Both the position numbers and the translations under genes were made by a program. From assembly GCA_002633005.1 (NCBI GenBank), contig NMRA01000119.1, positions 372,001 through 436,000 of the forward strand: a stretch of 64,000 nucleotides of DNA, read 5' to 3'. Of this stretch, positions 58,517 to 64,000 are shown one piece after another. This DNA is from Phoronis australis. Lineage: Eukaryota > Animalia > Phoronida. Every line of letters starts with the position of its first letter. Within the stretch, counting starts at the first letter, position 1. The notes under the pieces were generated by a model, which was given only the letters and a program-made list of their open reading frames with translations, was not told where the DNA came from and ran no database searches.

Positions 58517-61500
58517 CCATAACACTCGATTTTATGGGTGAACAGAGTTTTTGTGCGTGGTGATTTTTAGACAAGAACATTGGCTTCAATTGGCCTGGCG
58601 TTATTCTGTAATGATCAATATTTTCTATTGTCAGTTTGTATTCCTGAATATAATTGAAGACTGAAGTGACCCTTGGTAACAAATCAAGTTTCCAGCCTAA
58701 TATTAGGAAATTGGTGTTCTTGACTGTGCATCTATAGAAAACCAATGTTTAATCATATTGTTTAACATGTTCACTCACACACCATAAGTTGTGTTCATTG
58801 CCTTGTCCAAATTTTTGTGTTTGAAGTACTGTCAATATAAATTTAATCAGATAGCGACTTTTTCTTGAAAAAATCGGTGCAGAGTTTTGTGGGGGCAGGT
58901 GTATTATATAATCCTGGAAATGTCATTCTTGTCCTTCAAAGGTTGCTTGCCATGATCTTAAAATTGACTACCTTGTGAAAATTGATATATATTGCGGGAC
59001 CCAAGTTTGGCAAATAAGATGGGTTAAATTTCAAATTGAAGTGAATTTTTGTATTTGTACATCAAAACAAACGGTGATCTTTGACCCGGGTACAAAAAAC
59101 CTTGTGTTTTCAAACAACAATTAGGTTCCTTGGAAAAACCCAGTCCATGGTTATTGTTTGACAATGCAAGGGTATTCCGCTGTGGGGATTTTTGTAGTTG
59201 GATCAAAAATGATTCATTTCTACGAATTACATACAAAACTTTGGTTTAATATGAATTTTAGACGCCTTCTGTAAGTCTGGCTCCCTCAACACCACACTAT
59301 TGGTTACTGAAAGGAATTCGTCAAGAATACTTTAACTAGAGGACATAAGGGCATAGCTAGACTTCTTTGACAAGTTTGCCCTTGTTCACTCTTTGCCGTG
59401 ATGGAATTTGTCGAGTACTTCTCTTTATCAAAACGAGTCTATTAACTTCAAAACAGAAAACAAGACTACGGAGCAGTGAAATGTCAGGTTATCAAAACTA
59501 TCTGTCTATCAAAAAACTAAGTTGATTTAGGCCATACAGACAAAGCTGGGTGCCAGTTAAATCTTATTGGATTAGAACATTTCTGACAGGTCGTTCTATC
59601 AGTAAACGACAATGGTGGCTGGTTACATGAAACAGTAGCAACAGGGACTAAACTAAGTATGTTCCTGACATTTTCAGTACATTTGTCGAGTTGGTGCAAA
59701 AATGGATTGTCCTCCCTTGTGCTATTTTATCTTCATTACGTCGAGTTTGGTTTGATACATACCAAGAGTAAACTCTCGTTCTGTCCAGGAAGCCTATTTC
59801 CTATTTGGACAACTTTCTTGAATAAAATTTGTCTCTGCTACGTACTCAAGTGGGAAGGAATTTCAAGGTTTGCAAAGAATTGACAGTTTATTCCTTGACA
59901 ATGCTTGGCGCATAACATGACACACCATGACAGACTAATTTGAAGATCACGACTTCTTGCAATAACAAACTGACAAATATTTCGAAGCCCCGAAATCACT
60001 TCCAGTTTGACTTAGAACAATTTCTGCCAATTTCATAACAGTAAGCGGTCTAAATCTCAAGTTGGATTTTGTGATGGTAGGCAGATTTATTGTCACTTTA
60101 ACACTGAAAATAAATGGCGGTCGACCTTTTTATTCCAGGGCCCCACTTCTTTTTATTGAAATAAGGACTCGGTTTTCACAAATATTATTAGAAAAAGTCA
60201 GATGTAAAAAAGGAGCTCAAAATAAAGATGTGACATAAAATGTTACATTAGTGAGTAAACATAGTTTATAAATGCACTGAAAATTCAGGAAACATGGGTA
60301 GAGTCTCTATAGGGACTGTTTCACGCAACCAGCCACTGGGTTCTGTTTGAAGAAAAATTTATTTATTTAATTGTAATATCAAAATGAGGCTGGCCAAGAG
60401 GGCCTCAACAAAATTACAGTAAAATAACTAGAAATTTAAAGTCAGAAATTTTTCATATGCTCTAGACTTTATTAAAAACAATTAAACCCCACCTCAGCAA
60501 AATTACGCAGCCTCAGAAAATAGATGTGCTTAGAATTAGAGGCAAAAACTTTTTTCAGTAATTGAGAAGTGTTAGGCCAGTATTCTGCAGCAACAGGATT
60601 GCTAGTTTTCCAGCAAGTCTAGCATTTGGAAGAAGAATGTATGTGTGTTTGTCCCATACTTACAAACACTAGGGTCCAGCTGACGCAAATTCAAAAAATT
60701 TCCCAGGTCCACTTCAATTCCCTGACCTCTGTGAAAACAGTCCAGAAATCATTATGCCAACACCGAGTGATGTCCAATGTATATTCTTGGAAAATATTGC
60801 TCATCTTGTACTTTTATGAATGGAAATGACTAGAAGATAATCAAACAATGATAATGGACGATTTTCATTTTTGCTCATTTGTATTCTCTTAATGCATGTT
60901 TAAAGTCAATAAAGGTAAAAACATAGCCTCAGTGAGCACTGGGTGTGACCAAACAGCAGATCTGAACAGACAAAAGCTCAGCAACTGAGAATGAAAGTCC
61001 TCGGACGTGAAAATGCAAAAAAATTCACTGCATTTTAACAAAATGAGAAAAACTACCTTGGTCAGTGCTGGAGTTACAATAGTTTTCAAAAAAGTTCTCG
61101 TGGAAAATGCAACAAAACTAAGAAGGAAAACTAGGGCCAATTTACAAATGACTTAGTTCTGTTATTTTTCATCTGTACTCCTTCCAACTTTTTGCCATAA
61201 CCTCCATGAAACCGGCCAAATTTCAGTGAACCTCGTGAACTTTTTTAGAAACTACTGTAGGGAGAATCACTTCAGCTCTTCACAAATAACATACGTGCAT
61301 AAAAATCCCTGCTGACAAAAGCGTCAATACTGAAAACAGACAAATGAAAAGACAAAATGCACAAATACATAAAACAAAAGAAAAAACAAGAATTTTACAA
61401 CACACTGGTGTGCTTAAAGTGCTTAAAACCACCATTTACCTTCTTTTAACAAGTGACAGTATCATTGAACCTTCTTTCACAGCCCTGCACATCAGAATCG

Positions 61501-62750
61501 TGAATTCAATATCCCAAAAAAACGAGAAAATTGAAGAAAAGCAACTTCAATCGAAAGCTTCTTAGCTCTATGACATAAGTGTGATGTATGAATGTACCCA
61601 GCGCCAGTGTGTCATGTCCACCAACACGTGAGTTTCTCGTACAAACTTGCGCCATATTTGCGAGAAGGTGGAAACAGCCACAGTGTGGTCAAATACTAAG
61701 TTGTCACCACCACCACAAACGCAACACCTCGCCATTACTTGTTACATCATAAATTATGGGTTCAAATGAGGGCAGCAATAAGTGACGACTTTTCACAGTA
61801 AACACATTGAAGGGTGACAAGTGCTGTGACCGGTTATCCCAAATTTACATAGCATGATTCGACGAATAAATATTCACATCTTGAGATCAGCTATTATATA
61901 TCAAAAGGTAGGGTTTGATATGGAATTGGTGATTTTAAGCACTTCAATATGTACTATAAAAAGGATACTAAAGCCCGCTTTAGCCTAAGAGTGAGAAATG
62001 GCTTATCAAGCCATAAATGACACCTAGAGCTCCATTTTGACCACACTATCAACATAGAAGACAAGAAGTGTTAACTGAACATCATTTCACAACTCAAGTT
62101 TTAGAGCATCACAACTGAATTGAAATGAAATCAAAACATTTGACACTCGCCATTGTCAATCAAGATGCCCCAAGGTGATAGTCATTTTATCGAAGCAACA
62201 CGCAATACATAGTGGTTCATTTATTAAATCTCTGTAACAAAATAATGTTCCAAAGCCCTATCCAAACTTAAAATCTTTTAGCAAAGCTGAATATGCCAGA
62301 AAGTATCACCAATGTTTCAGGCAAGTTGATTGTTATTCTATAGAAAGTACAGGGTCCACTTTTTTGAGACAGGTTTGCAGTTTCAGGGGAGGCAATAACC
62401 ATGCAATACCAGACAACAAAATCTGTTTGGCAAAATCCCCAGGGTTTAACATCATTCAAAATGTGTTCGCATTTATAATGCACCAATAAATGATAAATAT
62501 TAACAAAAACAATCATGTTAGAATTCTCATTTACTAATGTGGAAATGTTTGAGTTCTGACAGTTATATTATTTTCAAGACCAACTACTGCTTCAACAACA
62601 AATATCTGTATTTGCTGTGAAAGCTATGAACTAACAAAATGCATTTCAAAAACGTGAAACCGTAACGTTTCAATATGTAGACTCATTACAACTAAAAACT
62701 TCCTCATCAACAAACACAATAGAAGAGATTCACCAAGCTAAGCCGCAGCT

Positions 62751-63292
62751 TTAAAGCTTAAGATACTGGTGTCCTCCATTTTTCATGCCAAGAAACTTCC
62801 TAGGTTTCTTTCCATACCAAGCACGGCGGCCATGTTTGAAGGGTGGGCGTGGCTTTCTTCCTTTATTGGCAGCAATCCAGTCTCCTGCGTAATCCTCAAA
62901 TTTCCAGTAGCGCCCTCTGCATCCCTTGTAAGGACCGTGATAGTCTTTGACAACTGTGACACGGTTGACTATGGCTCCACCCTAAATGAAACGAATAAAA
63001 ATGTGAAATAGGGGACAGGCGACAAATGGCACTGAACAAAACTGTACACGACACACGCAGCTATTTTTTGAAGTTGTTAAAAGCACAAGTCTTACACGGC
63101 ATATTATTGGAGACCACCCACAGCAGGGGTAGTCTCTATTAATTACACTTGACCCACCTTATCATCAGAGACCTGCTCCATGTAAAGATGTGTACTGTTC
63201 ATGATCTTCATACGAGTGTAGCCGTAGTCCACAGTTCTGTTGGCAGACCATGGAGCTGGAGGGCCAAAATAGTCATGGATCTCGTTGCAGCC
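62751..63292 (-). CDS. ACP7: Purple acid phosphatase ACP7-like paralog c, last two exons (gene continues beyond the window)
   Basis: Exon 63292-63158 (135 nt, GCNEIHDYFGPPAPWSANRTVDYGYTRMKIMNSTHLYMEQVSDDK) and exon 62981-62751 (GGAIVNRVTVVKDYHGPYKGCRGRYWKFEDY...YLKL*); same boundaries as paralog b. Confidence 0.88.
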
Positions 63293-64000
63293 CTATCAAC
63301 GATAAACAACAACCTGGGTTTAGCACTAAGCAGCAAGATGAAATGTTCTGACTTACCTCAAAGAATTCATCATGGAAATTGTGATAATGAATGTGGATAT
63401 GCATACAATTATTTTGACATGAAAACACAGTAGCAAAGTGACAGAGATTGGGCATGAAGAAGGACGTAACTTCCCGATTTATTCAAGACCTCTGTAATGA
63501 ACTTGAAAACAGGCCAATAGCCAGCTGTAAAAGTCTTGTCGCCCATTTTGTTTCTCACCAATGGCCATTGGGTCAAATGAAAGTCAGTGTAGTGCTCTCA
63601 CCATGGTAAGGAGTTACATGGGTCAAGCCAACTGGAACCTGGTCTTGACAAACTAGTATGAACTGTCAGTTCTTCCCAAGCCATATGATCACGTCTGACT
63701 TGAGTGAGGAACAAGCCGAGACTGTATAAGAATATGCAAATCTTGGACTGGAGTGAAAATATAGATCGCAAACATTTTTAAGTCTTGTCTAGAAACCACC
63801 TGTTGGTCACACCATGTGACCTAATTAGGTGGCGTGTAGACCAGACTTAACAACAACATTTGTGAACATGCCGAGACCAGGAAATTTTTCATGGCTAATA
63901 AAATAAGAAAGCAGAATTTGTTCCGAGCAAAAAATTCATTTAGTGGAAATTAAGGCGACTCCGTGACAAATAATCTGATCCTTGAATGTAACCAGTTAAC

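Overview
Eukaryotic (animal, probably marine invertebrate; species not determinable from sequence) AT-rich draft-assembly window with two N-gaps and two single-N joins that duplicate allelic sequence. Genes are alternately head-to-head and tail-to-tail: PACS first coding exon (-) / EAPP (+, 5 exons), BCS1L (-, 4 coding exons) / purple acid phosphatase ACP7-like a (+, 11 exons), intronless RNPC3 (U11/U12-65K, -) / ACP7-like b (+, 12 exons), and the last two exons of an inverted third ACP7-like paralog (-). Exons were reconstructed by hand with GT-AG sites and phase checks; gene names come from recalled protein similarity, not database searches. Highlights: (1) a complete small non-autonomous LTR retroelement (TRIM) whose LTRs carry tRNA-like Pol III boxes, with PBS, PPT and 4-bp TSD, itself hit by a foldback MITE; (2) a young MITE family with 261-bp TIRs and 9-bp TSDs lying near promoters, one copy apparently polymorphic; (3) an intronless RNPC3 sharing an 18-bp motif and an 11-codon uORF with the BCS1L leader, each opposite an ACP7 paralog; (4) an ACP7 cluster with precise intron loss/gain, a 69-nt identical tract and a conserved cationic C-terminal tail ending YxKL; (5) a tandemly amplified splice donor in BCS1L.
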